Assembly: GCA_964497535.1 (NCBI GenBank)
Contig: CAZCCG010000001.1
Coordinates: 130,688-194,687 of the forward strand
From: an uncultured Gammaproteobacteria bacterium
GTDB lineage: Bacteria; Patescibacteriota; Microgenomatia; Levybacterales; UBA12049
Reading direction: 5' to 3'
DNA length: 64,000 nucleotides
The notes beneath the pieces are model-generated. The model had not been told where the DNA came from, ran no database searches, and was given only the letters and a program-made list of their open reading frames with translations. Below, one piece after another: positions 24,804 through 34,377 of this stretch. Position 1 is the stretch's first letter, and every line of letters starts with the position of its first letter. A program made the translations under genes and the position numbers.

Positions 24804-25505
24804 TTATTCTGATTTTTCCACAGGTGCTGCGTCTTTTGCTTCGTCTTTTACTTCTTCTGCATTTTCAGCGGCCTGCGCTGCTCCTTCTTCTTTGGCTTCT
24901 TCTGCTGCGGCTGCTTCTGCTTGGGCTTCAACTTCTGCTTCTTTGCTGACTAATTCTGCAACTCGTACGATAACCTGGGTTGGATCAGTGAGTATGGTAA
25001 CATCTGCCGGAGCTTTCAAATCTGCGACAGTAAGCTGATCTCCAACTTGTGCAAGCTTTTCTACATTAATTTCCAGGTTTTCTGGAAGATTATCAGGAAG
25101 TGCTTCAACCTCAACTTCTGAAATCTGTTGCATTACGAGTCCTACTTTATCAGCTACTGCTTGTGCCTCACCAACTTGTTCGACTGGTACCATAGATTTG
25201 ATTTTTTCTTTGAGGTTGACCTGGAAGAAATCAACATGCAGGGTTTGGTCAGTGACCGGATTATCATGCGTATCGTGAATCAGGACAGGGAGTGTTTTTC
25301 CATCAAGTTCCAGATCAACCAATCCGGTATAACCGACTTGTTCAAAAACATCATCAAAATCTTTGTAGGGGAGTTGTACCGAAGTAGATGCGATGCCTTT
25401 TCCGTAGACATTTCCAGGCAATAGTCCTTCTTTTCGAAGTTTTTTTACCTTTTTGCCGGTAATTTCGCGTTTCGTAACGGTGAGTTTTGGATGCTTTGTC
25501 GCCAT
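24804..25505 (-). CDS. rplY: 50S ribosomal protein L25 / general stress protein Ctc form
   Basis: MATKHPKLTVTKREITGKKVKKLRKEGLLPGNVYGKG... L25/Ctc N-domain plus an acidic Ala/Glu-rich tail. Start ATG at 25505. Confidence 0.8.
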   Translation of the reverse strand: MATKHPKLTVTKREITGKKVKKLRKEGLLPGNVYGKGIASTSVQLPYKDFDDVFEQVGYTGLVDLELDGKTLPVLIHDTHDNPVTDQTLHVDFFQVNLKEKIKSMVPVEQVGEAQAVADKVGLVMQQISEVEVEALPDNLPENLEINVEKLAQVGDQLTVADLKAPADVTILTDPTQVIVRVAELVSKEAEVEAQAEAAAAEEAKEEGAAQAAENAEEVKDEAKDAAPVEKSE

Positions 25506-25616
25506 AATTAACTGTACTATATAGTATAGCATTTAAAAATGCAACTGTCAAACTATGGGCTTACACATCTGTATGTCATTCCCGCATAAGCGGGAATCCA
25601 GTGTTATAATCGTCTC

Positions 25617-26102
25617 ATGAGGATTTTGGGGATTGATCCGGGAATCGGACGGTTAGGGTGGGCAGTAATAGAATATCAAAAATCAAATATTAAAGATCAA
25701 ATATTTGGATGTATTGAAACATCGAAAAAAGATACATTAGAAAAGAGATTGTTGCAGATCCATTCTTTCCTCTCAGAGTTGCTCGACCGGGAGAATCCTG
25801 AAGTTATGGCGGTTGAGGAGTTGTTCTTTGGTACCAATGTCACAACGGCATTTGCCGTCGGGCAGGCACGAGGAGTTGTACTGCTGACTGCAGCCGAACA
25901 CAATATACCTGTGGTAACCTATTCTCCCAATGCGGTTAAGATTGGGGTAACAGGATATGGGAAAGCAGATAAAAATCAAGTTGGGCAAATGGTCAAACAG
26001 ATCCTCAAATTACCAGGCATTCCCAAGCCGGATGATACTACTGATGCTCTTGCAATAGCGATAACTCATGCGTATTCTGCAAAAAGCCCTAAATATCTTT
26101 AA
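25617..26102 (+). CDS. ruvC: Holliday junction resolvase RuvC
   Basis: MRILGIDPGIGRLGWAVIE...MAVEELFFG...DALAIAITHA gives the RuvC catalytic acidic residues and fold order. Confidence 0.85.
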   Translation: MRILGIDPGIGRLGWAVIEYQKSNIKDQIFGCIETSKKDTLEKRLLQIHSFLSELLDRENPEVMAVEELFFGTNVTTAFAVGQARGVVLLTAAEHNIPVVTYSPNAVKIGVTGYGKADKNQVGQMVKQILKLPGIPKPDDTTDALAIAITHAYSAKSPKYL

Positions 26103-26229
26103 TTCAAAAAGTAAAATTTAAAAGTTAAAAGTGTGGTTCCTTTTGAATTTTGCATTTTAACTTTTGACCTTTAACTTGGGGTATCTGATTTGAAATTCTT
26201 AAGGTATCTGAGTATAATCATCCTACTCT

Positions 26230-26805
26230 ATGATTGGGTTTTTGAATGGGACTGTTGAATTACAAGACAATGCAAGTGTGATCATAAATGTGGGTGGAGT
26301 AGGATACAAAGTATTGGTTCCTCCAAAACTTCTGACAGATGGATTTTTAGAAAACGAATCCCTCAAGCTCTATACGTATACCCATGTTCGTGAAGAAGCA
26401 CTCGAACTCTACGGTTTTTTGGATAGACGGGATCTGCGGCTGTTTGAACAACTCATCAGCGTTTCAGGAGTTGGTCCCAAGACTGCATTGGGAGTTTTTG
26501 CATTGGGTGGTGCGGATGAAATAGAAACGGCCATTGTGACCGGTAATGTAGATTTTTTCACGCCGGTTCCGCGTCTTGGCAAAAAGAATGCGCAAAAAAT
26601 CATCATAGAGCTGAAGAACAAATTGGGAAGCAAGATAGAACTGGATTTGTCTGAAAAAGATACCAAAGAAAATAAAGATGTGATAGATGCTTTGAAATCT
26701 TTTGGTTTCACAGCCAAAGAAGCAGCCGAAGTTATCAAACAATTACCAAAAGAACTAACAACAGAGGAGAAAGTGCGCAACGCACTGAAACTTTTAGCCA
26801 AGTGA
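26230..26805 (+). CDS. ruvA: Holliday junction DNA helicase RuvA
   Basis: MIGFLNGTVELQDNASVIINVGGVGYKVLVP...LYGFLDRRDLRLFEQLISVSGVGPKTALGV. Confidence 0.85.
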   Translation: MIGFLNGTVELQDNASVIINVGGVGYKVLVPPKLLTDGFLENESLKLYTYTHVREEALELYGFLDRRDLRLFEQLISVSGVGPKTALGVFALGGADEIETAIVTGNVDFFTPVPRLGKKNAQKIIIELKNKLGSKIELDLSEKDTKENKDVIDALKSFGFTAKEAAEVIKQLPKELTTEEKVRNALKLLAK

Positions 26806-26922
26806 ATGCAAAAGTCAAAAATCAAAAGGCAAAAGTACAGTTCAAAAGTAAAAAGTAGAAGACGTTCCCAGCTTTTGAATTTTAACTTGAACCTTTGAAT
26901 TTTAACTTTTAACTTTTGATTT

Positions 26923-27957
26923 ATGGTAGATATAAAAACAAAACAAGAAGAACAAACTCCACCCGAGGAAATAGTAATGCTCAACTCTCTTCGTGCCCGA
27001 GCGTGGCCTGAGTTTGTGGGACAGGAGCCAATCAAAGAGTCCCTCAAAATTGCCATTGAAGCGGCCAAAAATAGAGGTGAGGCAGTAGAGCATATGCTCT
27101 TTTATGGACCACCGGGGCTTGGAAAGACAACTTTGTCTCATTTGGTTGCAAAAGAACGGGGAGTGAATATCCGGGTTACGTCAGGTCCGGCTATTGAACG
27201 TACCGGGGATCTCGCTTCAATTCTCACCAATCTGGAAAAGGGAGATATACTATTTATAGATGAAATCCATCGGCTCAATAAAGCAGTAGAAGAGACTATG
27301 TATCCGGCTATGGAAGATTTTGCTCTGGATATTGTCCTGGGGAAAGGGCCTTCTGCCCGGACGATGCGGTTGGATTTGCCGCAGTTTACTATTATTGGTG
27401 CAACGACTCGAGTCGGGTTACTATCGGCACCGCTTCGGGACCGATTTGGAGTAGTACATCGTCTCAACTTCTATAATCCGCAGGAACTGGCCATTGTAAT
27501 TAGGAAAGCAGCAGACAAACTCAATGTCAAAATTGATGAGGGTAGTGTTGAGGAACTAGCCAAACGGGGACGGGGAACTCCCCGTATTGCGTTGAAGTTT
27601 CTCAAACGTGCACGCGACTACGCAGCAGTCAGAGGAAAAGGAGAAATTACAAAGGATCTGACTCATCAGGCATTGGCTCTGATTGAAGTCGACCAGATGG
27701 GGTTGGATTCCCTGGATCGCAAAGTTCTGGAATCAATTATTCACAAACATAGTGGTGGACCGGTTGGGATTGAGACTATTGCGGCAAGTATATCTGAAGA
27801 TATTGGAACACTTGAGGATATGGTCGAGCCGTATCTGATGCAAATCGGGTTTCTCAAAAGGACTCCTCGGGGACGAGTTGCCACCAAAGCTGCATATCTT
27901 CATTTAGGGTTAACCCCTCCTAAGGAGGACAATACCAATCAACAAAAACTCCTCTAA
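26923..27957 (+). CDS. ruvB: Holliday junction DNA helicase RuvB
   Basis: [15 protein letters not shown]...[11 protein letters not shown] (Walker A/B) and the RuvB C-terminal winged helix. Confidence 0.9.
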   Translation: MVDIKTKQEEQTPPEEIVMLNSLRARAWPEFVGQEPIKESLKIAIEAAKNRGEAVEHMLFYGPPGLGKTTLSHLVAKERGVNIRVTSGPAIERTGDLASILTNLEKGDILFIDEIHRLNKAVEETMYPAMEDFALDIVLGKGPSARTMRLDLPQFTIIGATTRVGLLSAPLRDRFGVVHRLNFYNPQELAIVIRKAADKLNVKIDEGSVEELAKRGRGTPRIALKFLKRARDYAAVRGKGEITKDLTHQALALIEVDQMGLDSLDRKVLESIIHKHSGGPVGIETIAASISEDIGTLEDMVEPYLMQIGFLKRTPRGRVATKAAYLHLGLTPPKEDNTNQQKLL

Positions 27958-28040
27958 ATTTAATCCCCTCTGTCATTGCGAGGAATGAAATGACGAAGCA
28001 ATCTCACGTCATCCTGAGCTTGTCGAAAGATCTAATTTTC

Positions 28041-28076
28041 AAAGAAAAACCCCTCGCAGCCGAAGCCTTGAGGGGC
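28041..28076 (-). terminator. rho-independent terminator for the minus-strand gene 28086-28847
   Basis: On the minus strand: GCCCCTCAAGG-CTTCGG-CTGCGAGGGG followed by TTTTTCTTT. Confidence 0.5.
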
Positions 28077-28085
28077 GTATGTATA

Positions 28086-28847
28086 CTAGGAGTACTGTTT
28101 CGCCGTCTTGATTTCCTCTAGGCAGAAGGGGCACTCGAGAACATGTCGTCGTACCTCTTCGGAGGCTTTGTTCCAGAAAACCAACATAAGCAGTTCATCT
28201 CGTTCCGGACACAGTTGGTTCGTTTCCTGTAGATGGTTGAATCGGTGACTAGTCGCATGCCGGAACACACGTTCACACTCGACACATGCCAACAATTCTT
28301 CCAGCAAGAACTTGGTCTTGATCCTCTCAAGAGGAAAGATCGAGCCTCTTGAGGTCAACCGGATGAAGTCGAGTGGTACTTGGTAGGCTGCGCGTATTGC
28401 CAGCTTACTATGGGGACATGTCGACTCAATGGCCGGCAAGATCCTCTCATCGATTTCCTCAATCGTTTGAGGAGAGAGCGTTGGGGAGGGAGGTCGTCCC
28501 GGAATGATCAGACGAAGAGTGAACTGAGAGGCTCCTGCCACCCTTTTCCTGAATTGAGCTCTTCTGTGGCTGTGTCCAATGGCTTTCCTGCAGAAAGGAC
28601 TTTCTTCTCCCAGTCGGTAGAGCAGAATCTTTACCATTGTTCCTAAATGCCCAAAGGATGTCATCTCGACAGTGCTTACCGGATGGATCTCCACGTATGC
28701 CGAGAAGTAATTCTCAGTGCCACTGGATGCCAGGCGAGTCATTACAAATTCATTGCTGTCCTCGTATGTTTGGCCGACATCGTACGTCTTGCCTTCCAGT
28801 AGCGGTCGAGCAGCCTCGCAGACCTCGTTCCACGTAAGCGCGACCAT
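28086..28847 (-). CDS. hypothetical Cys/His-rich protein (C-terminal zinc-ribbon-like CxxC...CPFC) in GC-rich DNA
   Basis: 253 aa, visibly GC-rich relative to the neighbours. Upstream on the minus strand there is TTGACA-16nt-TATACT with the same GCTATACTT -10 context as cassettes 1 and 2. C-terminus reads LACVECERVFRHATSHRFNHLQETNQLCPERDELL...HVLECPFCLEE. Confidence 0.45.
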   Translation of the reverse strand: MVALTWNEVCEAARPLLEGKTYDVGQTYEDSNEFVMTRLASSGTENYFSAYVEIHPVSTVEMTSFGHLGTMVKILLYRLGEESPFCRKAIGHSHRRAQFRKRVAGASQFTLRLIIPGRPPSPTLSPQTIEEIDERILPAIESTCPHSKLAIRAAYQVPLDFIRLTSRGSIFPLERIKTKFLLEELLACVECERVFRHATSHRFNHLQETNQLCPERDELLMLVFWNKASEEVRRHVLECPFCLEEIKTAKQYS

Positions 28848-29033
28848 GGGTTGCTCCTTTCAATGTGCTAGGATTTGTCCTGACTGAGAAGTATAGCCTA
28901 TAATATTCATGTGTCAATAGTATTGCCATTAATATTATGATTAAATACCCCTAATAGCCTTAAAAATGGGTTTGTTGACAAAATAATAGGGAGCTATTAC
29001 AATATGAAGTGACGATAAATTCGTCATCAATTT

Positions 29034-29774
29034 ATGCCTGATTTTATTGCATCAGATGCCCTGCAAGCTCTTCATTTAACCCCACGAGAACAATCTATTT
29101 ATCTTTCAGCGTTAGAATTGGGGGAATCACTACAAGTACCTTTGGCACAAAAAGCCAAAGTCAAACGGACTACACTTCGGGAACTGATGCCGGATTTGTT
29201 AGCCCGAGGTATCCTCCAGCAAAAAGTAGTAGGGAAGCGTAAATTTGTCATAGCCCGCGATCCTCGCGAGTTGATTGCAGAGCTTGAAGAAAAGACCAAA
29301 CGGGCGCAAGAGGCTTTACCACAATTGTTGGCCTTGCAAAATAGTATGGCTAACAAACCTGAAGTACGATTTTATGAAGGTATTGAGGGGTTAAAGCAAA
29401 TCTATCAACTGACGCTGGATGTTGGTTTAACAATGTATTGTTTTGTAAATGCTGAATATATGTATCCGGAGTTTCGTAAATGGGTTGCCAACTACTATTT
29501 AAAAGAAAAGCTGAGGAGAAAGATTTGGATTTATAATATTATGACAGCAGGGGAGGAGACCAAGTCTTTGATGCCCGAGCATGGGTATCGGGAAAATAAA
29601 TATATATCAAAAGACCAATACCCATTCCAAATGGAGATTGTGACATTTGGTGATTATGTTACCTTTCATCATTTCCGTCAAAATGAACCACCGTCTGCGA
29701 TTCTGATCAAAAGTAAAGCAGCGGCCCAGACCATGCTCTCCATCCACAAACTCATCTGGAACTTTCTCAAGTGA
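29034..29774 (+). CDS. TrmB-like transcriptional regulator (N-terminal wHTH)
   Basis: N-terminal LSALELGESLQVPLAQKAKVKRTTLRELMPDLLARGIL...VVGKRKFVIARDP resembles the TrmB-family HTH. Lies upstream of the ABC transporter operon and is preceded by TTGACA-17-TACAAT and a TGACGA-N5-TCGTCA palindrome. Confidence 0.45.
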   Translation: MPDFIASDALQALHLTPREQSIYLSALELGESLQVPLAQKAKVKRTTLRELMPDLLARGILQQKVVGKRKFVIARDPRELIAELEEKTKRAQEALPQLLALQNSMANKPEVRFYEGIEGLKQIYQLTLDVGLTMYCFVNAEYMYPEFRKWVANYYLKEKLRRKIWIYNIMTAGEETKSLMPEHGYRENKYISKDQYPFQMEIVTFGDYVTFHHFRQNEPPSAILIKSKAAAQTMLSIHKLIWNFLK

Positions 29775-29867
29775 GCGTTTAGGGTTTAGTTAACTATACC
29801 CTTATTAATTTCCCTCTTGCAAAGAATTCATCTGTATGATATTGTTAGCGCGAATTCAAAAATATCA

Positions 29868-31040
29868 ATGAAAAATATCGCATTATTAGTCATTGCCCTC
29901 ATCATCCTGCTTGTCCTTCTCGTTGTCGCCGGTAACAAATTCGCTAAGAAGAATACATCGTCATCCACCCCAGCTCAATCCATGACAGAAGGTTCTACTA
30001 TTAAAATCGGTTTCCTCGGTCCGCTTTCCGGTGACGCAGCAGTATATGGAGAACCATACCGCAATATGACTGTGATGGCAGTTGATCAAATCAACGCAAA
30101 CGGTGGAGTAAACGGTAAAAAAATTGAAGTTGTATATGAAGATGGAAAGTGCAACGGAAAAGATGCTACCAATGCTATGCAAAAACTGGTCAATGTAGAA
30201 AAGGTACAAGTTGTTATTGGAGGATTCTGCAGCAGTGAATCTCTCGCAGCAGTAGCAGTAGCCCAGAAAGGAAAAGTTGCTCTGTTCTCTCCTGGGTCAA
30301 GCAGCCCCAGTCTGACAGGCAGAAGTCCTTATTTTTTCAGAAATTATCCTTCAGATGCTTCTCAAGGCAAAGTTCTTGCAGAGGTGGCATACAAGGATAA
30401 AAAATGGAAAAAAGTAGCATTTATCCAGGAACAATTGGATTACCCATTGGGTATTTATAAATCCTTCACTCAATCGTTTGAAACCATGGGTGGAAAGGTT
30501 ATCAAAGAAGAATTTGTTCCCCAGACTAGTGATTTTCGATCTCAATTGACCAAGCTTCAGAGTCAAAATCCCGATGCTATATTTATCGATGTCCAGACTC
30601 CTGCTGCAGCAGATCGAATTCTAAAGCAGCTTGATGAGTTGGGATGGAAGCCGGGTATCATGATTTCAGATATCGTTGCAGGAGATGCCAAAACCCTTGC
30701 TGATAATAAAACTACACTTGAAGGTGCATATGCGGCAGAGTTTGGTACCAATCCCAACAATCCAAAATTCAAAAAAATGATAGCAGACTACACCAAAAAA
30801 TATAAAAAAGCACCTGAATTTCAAAGCTATGCACAAACCGAATACGATGCGGTATTTATGCTCAAAGATGCGCTGACTATGGTTGGTAACAATGGACAAA
30901 AGATTGCAGCATGGTCACGAACAGTCAAAGATTGGAATGGTGCATCAGGGTCAATTACCATTGAAGAAACCGGAGATCGTTCCTCAGGACATGTGGCAAA
31001 AATCATCAAAAACGGACAAACAGAACCCTACACAGAATAA
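29868..31040 (+). CDS. ABC transporter substrate-binding protein (branched-chain amino acid / LivK-like, type I PBP), N-terminal TM anchor
   Basis: MKNIALLVIALIILLVLLVVAG anchor, then GFLGPLSGDAAVYGEP...VIGGFCSSESLA..., typical of the Leu/Ile/Val-binding protein family. The ORF track begins at 29817, but the ATG at 29868 precedes the TM segment. Confidence 0.7.
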   Translation: MKNIALLVIALIILLVLLVVAGNKFAKKNTSSSTPAQSMTEGSTIKIGFLGPLSGDAAVYGEPYRNMTVMAVDQINANGGVNGKKIEVVYEDGKCNGKDATNAMQKLVNVEKVQVVIGGFCSSESLAAVAVAQKGKVALFSPGSSSPSLTGRSPYFFRNYPSDASQGKVLAEVAYKDKKWKKVAFIQEQLDYPLGIYKSFTQSFETMGGKVIKEEFVPQTSDFRSQLTKLQSQNPDAIFIDVQTPAAADRILKQLDELGWKPGIMISDIVAGDAKTLADNKTTLEGAYAAEFGTNPNNPKFKKMIADYTKKYKKAPEFQSYAQTEYDAVFMLKDALTMVGNNGQKIAAWSRTVKDWNGASGSITIEETGDRSSGHVAKIIKNGQTEPYTE

Positions 31041-31081
31041 GTCCCTGGTATTGGTATCCTCAACTTAGGTATAATTCAGAC

Positions 31082-31945
31082 ATGAATATTCTACCGCAGC
31101 TTATTGCCAATAGTCTTATTGCGTCTTCATTTTATATCCTGGTTGCTCTTGGGTTTAACCTCATGTATGGATCAACGAAGTTTTTTAATTTGTCCTATGG
31201 CAGCGTTGCAATAGCTGGAGGATACGTAACACTTTTTTTTCTACAACTAGGGCTAAACGTTGGGTTTAGTATAGCTCTTGGAATTGTCGCGGCAGGCCTT
31301 ATGGGATTTATTTTTGAAAAAGGGATTTTTTTGCCGCTTCGTCAACGCCAGGCCACTCAGATGAATCTTCTTATCGCGTCTTTGGGCATATCAATTGCTC
31401 TTGAAGCACTATTAGCAATCCTATTTAGCCCTCAAATTCAGAGCATGTCTCATTATTTGGGACGCACAACTATAGTATCGATAGCCGGAGCATCCTTGAC
31501 TACGGTTCAGATCACAACGATTCTGGTTTCTATTGTAGTATTTGTTGTTGTAGCGGTATTTCTGAAAAAAACATCATTTGGAAAAGCAGTGCGGGCAATA
31601 TCGGACGATGAAGAAGTGGCAAAAATTATCGGTATTCATACCGCCAAAGTTATCGGTTTAGTTTTCCTGCTCGCATCTGCCATTTCTGCAATTGCAGGAG
31701 TTGCCCAGGGGTTTGATATCGGTCTTGAGCCAACCTTGGGGTTTTCTCTTCTTCTCAAGGGTATCATTGCCGCAATTGTTGGGGGACTGGGGAATATCTA
31801 TGGAGGATTATTAGGGGCATTGATTTTAGGATTTGCGGAAAACTTTGGTATTATCCAATTGTCAGGAGAATGGAAAGATGCTATCGCCTTTGGAGTATTG
31901 ATTATAGTACTTATTTTTAAGCCGAAAGGAATCCTATCAAAGTAA
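31082..31945 (+). CDS. branched-chain amino acid ABC transporter permease (LivH-like)
   Basis: 287-aa polytopic membrane protein with the conserved LivH-family EAA-like loop. Operon position after the SBP. Confidence 0.7.
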   Translation: MNILPQLIANSLIASSFYILVALGFNLMYGSTKFFNLSYGSVAIAGGYVTLFFLQLGLNVGFSIALGIVAAGLMGFIFEKGIFLPLRQRQATQMNLLIASLGISIALEALLAILFSPQIQSMSHYLGRTTIVSIAGASLTTVQITTILVSIVVFVVVAVFLKKTSFGKAVRAISDDEEVAKIIGIHTAKVIGLVFLLASAISAIAGVAQGFDIGLEPTLGFSLLLKGIIAAIVGGLGNIYGGLLGALILGFAENFGIIQLSGEWKDAIAFGVLIIVLIFKPKGILSK

Positions 31946-32021
31946 GTGTAAAGTTAAAAGCGTAAAGTGTAAAAGAAACAGTTACTTTGCATTTTTCACT
32001 TTTCGTTTTACGTTTAACTAT

Positions 32022-32885
32022 ATGGAATATATTATTCACATTGCCATTATGGTCTTGCTCTACGGGATGCTTGCGATGAGTCTGAATCTGATCGTTGGCT
32101 ACACGGGTCTCTTGTCATTGGCTCACGCGGCTTTTATGGGAATCGGTGCCTATGCGACAGCCATTTTAACAACTCAATATAATGTACCTTTTTTTCTTTC
32201 AATTCTGGTCGGCGTGGGGTTGACAATCATCGTGAGTTTTCTAATCGGACTTCTTTTGAGCCGGTTCCGTGATGATTTCTTTGCATTGGTATCTTTGGGT
32301 TTTATGGTTATTATTCATAGCTTCTTTCTCAATTGGCAGCCGCTTACTAATGGACCGCTTGGAATCACCAATATTATCCGCCCTCCATTTATCGATCTTA
32401 CTTCTTCAAATCTAACTTTTTTGGTATTTTTACTCATTCTTTTTGTTGTGGTATATGGAGTATGTACCTACATTGTCAGATCGCCGTTTGGGACAACACT
32501 TCGAGCTATTCGGGAAGACGAGCGGGCCATACAAGTGTTTGGGTACAATACCCTTCATTATAAATTACTTATTTTTATTATCGGAGCCGTGATTGCGTCA
32601 ATCGTTGGGGCTTTTTTTGCTTCTTATATTACCTATATTGATCCTACATCCTTTACGATTTCAGAGACCATATTTATTCTAGCGATTGTTATTCTAGGCG
32701 GCCTTGCTTCTTTGAAAGGATCTCTCGTAGGAGCTCTCATTTTAGTTGTGTTACCAGAAGCGTTGCGGTTTTTAGGATTCCCCAATGAAATAGCAGGGCA
32801 GATGCGTCAGCTGACCTATGGATTACTCCTGGTTATTCTTATGCTGTATAAACCCCAGGGATTATTGGGAGAATACAAGCTGTAG
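32022..32885 (+). CDS. branched-chain amino acid ABC transporter permease (LivM-like)
   Basis: 287 aa, second permease of the operon. Confidence 0.7.
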   Translation: MEYIIHIAIMVLLYGMLAMSLNLIVGYTGLLSLAHAAFMGIGAYATAILTTQYNVPFFLSILVGVGLTIIVSFLIGLLLSRFRDDFFALVSLGFMVIIHSFFLNWQPLTNGPLGITNIIRPPFIDLTSSNLTFLVFLLILFVVVYGVCTYIVRSPFGTTLRAIREDERAIQVFGYNTLHYKLLIFIIGAVIASIVGAFFASYITYIDPTSFTISETIFILAIVILGGLASLKGSLVGALILVVLPEALRFLGFPNEIAGQMRQLTYGLLLVILMLYKPQGLLGEYKL

Positions 32886-32887
32886 CT

Positions 32888-33619
32888 ATGAATGCTTTTG
32901 ATATAACAGACATACAAAAATATTTCGATGGAGTTGCCGCAATTGATGACCTTACATTATCATTTCCCAAAGGCAAAATCATTGGCATTATTGGACCCAA
33001 CGGTTCCGGTAAAACAACATTGATCAATACTATTACCGGTATGTTCCCATGGGATAGCGGCGTACTGCATATCGGAAAAAGAACACATGAGAAGATGATT
33101 GCCTACACAATCCGCTCCTATGGAATGACGCGGACGTTTCAAGAAGTACGGTTATTCAATCAAATGTCTGCATTGGATAACATTCTCGTAGTACTGTCCA
33201 AACCAAATATGTTTCAGTCCTTGATAGATGGGAGAAGAGATGACAGGCAACAAAAAGCCCAACAGGTTTTGGAACAGGTTGGGCTATGGGAATATCGCAA
33301 CAAAAACGCGATACATCTATCATATGGGCAGAAAAAACTTTTGGAAATTGCCCGCGCAATCAGTATCGGTGCAGATATTTATTTTTTTGATGAGCCGTTT
33401 GCCGGATTATTTCCGGAAATGATTAAGATTGTAGTAACCATTATAAAGCAATTGCGGGGTAGTGGTAAAACAATTATTTTGGTCGAGCACAATATGGAAT
33501 TGATGAAGGAGTTATCAGATGAAATGATTGTTTTGGATAGCGGGAAGCTTCTTGCTCTGGGTAAACCGCAGAATGTATTAAAAGATAAAAGAGTGATAGA
33601 AGCATACCTGGGTGAGTAA
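32888..33619 (+). CDS. ABC transporter ATP-binding protein (LivG-like)
   Basis: Walker A GPNGSGKTT, signature LSYGQKKLLEIARA, Walker B IYFFDEP. Confidence 0.8.
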   Translation: MNAFDITDIQKYFDGVAAIDDLTLSFPKGKIIGIIGPNGSGKTTLINTITGMFPWDSGVLHIGKRTHEKMIAYTIRSYGMTRTFQEVRLFNQMSALDNILVVLSKPNMFQSLIDGRRDDRQQKAQQVLEQVGLWEYRNKNAIHLSYGQKKLLEIARAISIGADIYFFDEPFAGLFPEMIKIVVTIIKQLRGSGKTIILVEHNMELMKELSDEMIVLDSGKLLALGKPQNVLKDKRVIEAYLGE

Positions 33620-33633
33620 ATGTAAAAGTCAAA

Positions 33634-34377
33634 ATGCAAAATTCAAAAGGTCAAGTTAAAAGTAAAAATAATTGCCTTCGATTAGAAAATATTTCAGTTT
33701 CGTATTACGAAGTGCCGGTGCTTACCGATGTGAATTTGGATATTGGTCAGGGGGAGTTTATCGCACTGATGGGTCCGAATGGTGCCGGGAAATCCACGAT
33801 TCTCAAAGCTATCTTTGGATTAGTCCCTCAATTTTCAGGTACAATTTTCTGGAATGGCCAAAAAGTTATTCCCATTCCCCATGAGATGGCCAAGTATGGG
33901 ATAGCATTGGTTCCGCAAGGACGAAGGGTTTTTCCCCATTTAACAATCCGCGAAAATCTTGATGTAGGAGGATTTAGTATTTCAGATACAAAAGCACGGA
34001 ACGGTGCAATAGAGCATGTTTTGGACATCTTTCCACAGCTGAAGGAGAAAGAAAAAAAACCAGCCGGAATTCTTTCAGGAGGGCAGCAGCAGATGCTGGC
34101 TATTGCCCGTGCGTTGGTAATCCAGCCGCAGCTTCTTCTATTGGATGAACCAACGCTTGGACTGGCTCCAAAAATTGTAAAAGAAGTATTTGAAAAAATG
34201 AAAGAAATAAATACTCGATACGACACAACCATTCTAGTAGTTGAGCACAATATTAAATCAATTCTTACCTTGACTCACCGCGCGTATATTTTGGATAAGG
34301 GACGAATTATTGAAGAGGGAACATCTCAACAATTGCTCAAAGGGAAAACGCTTCAACGAGTACTGCTGGGAAGTTAA
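33634..34377 (+). CDS. ABC transporter ATP-binding protein (LivF-like)
   Basis: Walker A GPNGAGKST, signature LSGGQQQMLAIARAL, Walker B LLLLDEP. Confidence 0.8.
   Translation: MQNSKGQVKSKNNCLRLENISVSYYEVPVLTDVNLDIGQGEFIALMGPNGAGKSTILKAIFGLVPQFSGTIFWNGQKVIPIPHEMAKYGIALVPQGRRVFPHLTIRENLDVGGFSISDTKARNGAIEHVLDIFPQLKEKEKKPAGILSGGQQQMLAIARALVIQPQLLLLDEPTLGLAPKIVKEVFEKMKEINTRYDTTILVVEHNIKSILTLTHRAYILDKGRIIEEGTSQQLLKGKTLQRVLLGS

Noticed and set aside
26103-26922. Possible CRISPR array, given the repeated AAAGTTAAAAG-type units
   Set aside because: The units are irregular in length and spacing, arranged as palindromic arms rather than repeat-spacer-repeat, confined to intercistronic gaps of under 120 bp, and no cas genes are present.
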